The position numbers were made by a program, and so were the translations under genes. Positions 62,328 through 64,000 of a DNA stretch of 64,000 nt are shown here, one piece after another. The notes under the pieces were generated by a model, which ran no database searches, had not been told where the DNA came from, and saw only the letters and a list, made by a program, of their open reading frames with translations. This stretch comes from Octopus vulgaris (lineage: Eukaryota), in NCBI GenBank assembly GCA_951406725.2, contig OX597825.1, positions 34,224,001-34,288,000 of the forward strand, in the 5' to 3' direction. How positions within the stretch are numbered: position 1 is the first letter of the stretch; each line of letters starts with the position of its first letter.

Positions 62328-62464
62328 TTTTTGCTAGAATGGAACCGATATATGAATTCTATCCTGACTATTACAAACGCTACACCTTTAAAAAAAATGG
62401 ACTTGTTTGATTGGCCCTTTAGAAATAACGGCCAATTTTCGAGCGATATGTATGTATGTATGTA

Positions 62465-62498
<34 letters not shown>

Positions 62499-62534
62499 CA
62501 TGTATGTATGTATGTGTAAATATATATATATATA

Positions 62535-64000
62535 TAAACCCTTAACTCTTATGTTGAGGTGGTATATGGCCCAAAATCGTCTTCAATAGCTCCAGTGAGA
62601 ACAGCAAATGGAAATTTGCTTCTGACTGTCACTGTTTCTACTCATAAGCATTGGGTAGAACATTTTTCTGCACTTTTGAATAGACCATCATCTGTTGACA
62701 TGAGGACGATAGAAAAAATCGAGCACCTTCCAGTTATAGAAGAGATGGCATTTGAACCAACTCTAAAGGACATTTATCTAGCTGTGAATAAGCTGAGTAA
62801 CAATAAGTCTCCAAGGTCTGATGGAATCTGTGCAGAAGTCTCAAAATATGGGAGTGACAAAATGTTTGAACTTTTAAATATATTAATTTGTGATGTTGGA
62901 GAACTGAGAAAGTGCCTCAAGAGTGGATTGATGCCATTTTAGTCTCCTTGTATAAATCGGGGCCAAAGGATCTGTGTGGTAATTTTCGGGGGATTTCGCT
63001 TTTGTCTGTGGTTAGAAAGGTACTTCATTACATTCTGTTAGAATGTTTAAATACTTTCATTTTTCCAAATATGGTATTTGCGTCTCGGTGTGGTTTTAGC
63101 TCCTCCAGGGGCACAGTTGATTGTATCTTTACTATCAGACACTTGCAGAGAAAGTGCATTGAACAGAATCTTCCCCTATACCATTCTTTTGTTGATTTCA
63201 GCAAAACATTCAAAACTGTTAATCAAAATTCTCTGTATCTAATTCTAAGAAAAATAGGTTGCCCAGAAAAATTTGTAAACATGATCTGGGCTTTGCATCA
63301 AGGTATGAAAGTTAGAGTTAATTTTGGTGATAGGCTCTCTGAATCTTTTGCCATGGAAAATGGAGTAAAGCAAGGAGACCTTGATGCACCCACCCTCTTT
63401 TCAATATACTGTGCTGTTGGGCTGTCACACACTTTTCAAAACTCAGATTAGGGTATTTACATAAAATATCGAACTGGGAATGTTTTTAATCTGACCAGAC
63501 TGAAATTCAAAATGAAGGTTTTTACTTCACTCATTAGGGAACTTTCGTATGCTGACAATTGCGATCTTGTCAGTCATTCTGAAACAGGTCTGCAATCTCT
63601 TGTATCTACATATAACTCAGTTTGTGATGATTTTGGCTTGACCACCAACTTGAAAAGAAAAAGAGCTATAATGTATCAACCTGCACGTGGTGCTGTCTAC
63701 AACCCCACAAAAATTTTTGTTAAGGGTAAGTTACTTAGCGGCGAGCTGGCAGAAACGTTAGCACGCCAGGCGAAATGCTTAGCGGTATTTCATCTGCGGT
63801 TACATTCAAATTCTGCCGAGGTCGATTAAATAAGTACCAGTTACGCCCTGGGGTCGATATAATCGACTTAATCCGTTTGTCTGTCCTTGTTTGTCCTCTC
63901 TGTGTTAGCCCCTTGGGGGTAGTAAAGAAATAGGTAAGTTACTTGAGGTTGTTGATTCATTCATCTACCTTGGAAGCTCTGTACAAAACGATGGAAATCT
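62535..64000 (+). pseudogene. RTE LINE remnant
   Basis: YGPKSS, WVEHFSALLN, NFRGISLLS, CGFSSSRGTVDCIF, GVKQGDLDAP and YADNCDL. Confidence 0.85.
63737..63932 (+). mobile_element. SINE family A copy inside RTE with TSD
   Basis: TSD ggtaagttactt at 63725-63736 and 63933-63944. Confidence 0.88.

Overview
This is AT-rich, microsatellite-dense eukaryotic DNA, most likely octopus/cephalopod (inferred from mollusc-type mitochondrial fragments and the SINE families). Most of the window is decayed transposable elements: RTE, CR1, R4/Dong and Tx1-like LINEs, Penelope-like (GIY-YIG) fragments, a rearranged Gypsy, mariner/pogo/hAT/Helentron remnants and two tRNA-type SINE families. There is also an ND1 + cytb NUMT. 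Two things stand out. (1) About a dozen type I hammerhead-ribozyme motifs (CUGANGA...GAAA...UH, nearly all with a palindromic or minimal stem III) occur mainly in short non-coding elements beside (TA)n tracts, several of them fold-backs; one lies behind a tRNA-like Pol III head. They look like a Penelope-dependent, retrozyme-like system. (2) Seven frame-compatible minus-strand exons, only partly visible in the ORF track, encode parts of signal peptide + PLAT/LH2-like domain + stalk + single TM + Tyr-motif-tail receptor(s). The 3' half lies upstream of the 5' half, implying tandem paralogues or misassembly. Nearly all long (MYVC)n/(HTYI)n ORFs are microsatellite artefacts. All structures and translations were read by eye, and no database searches were run.
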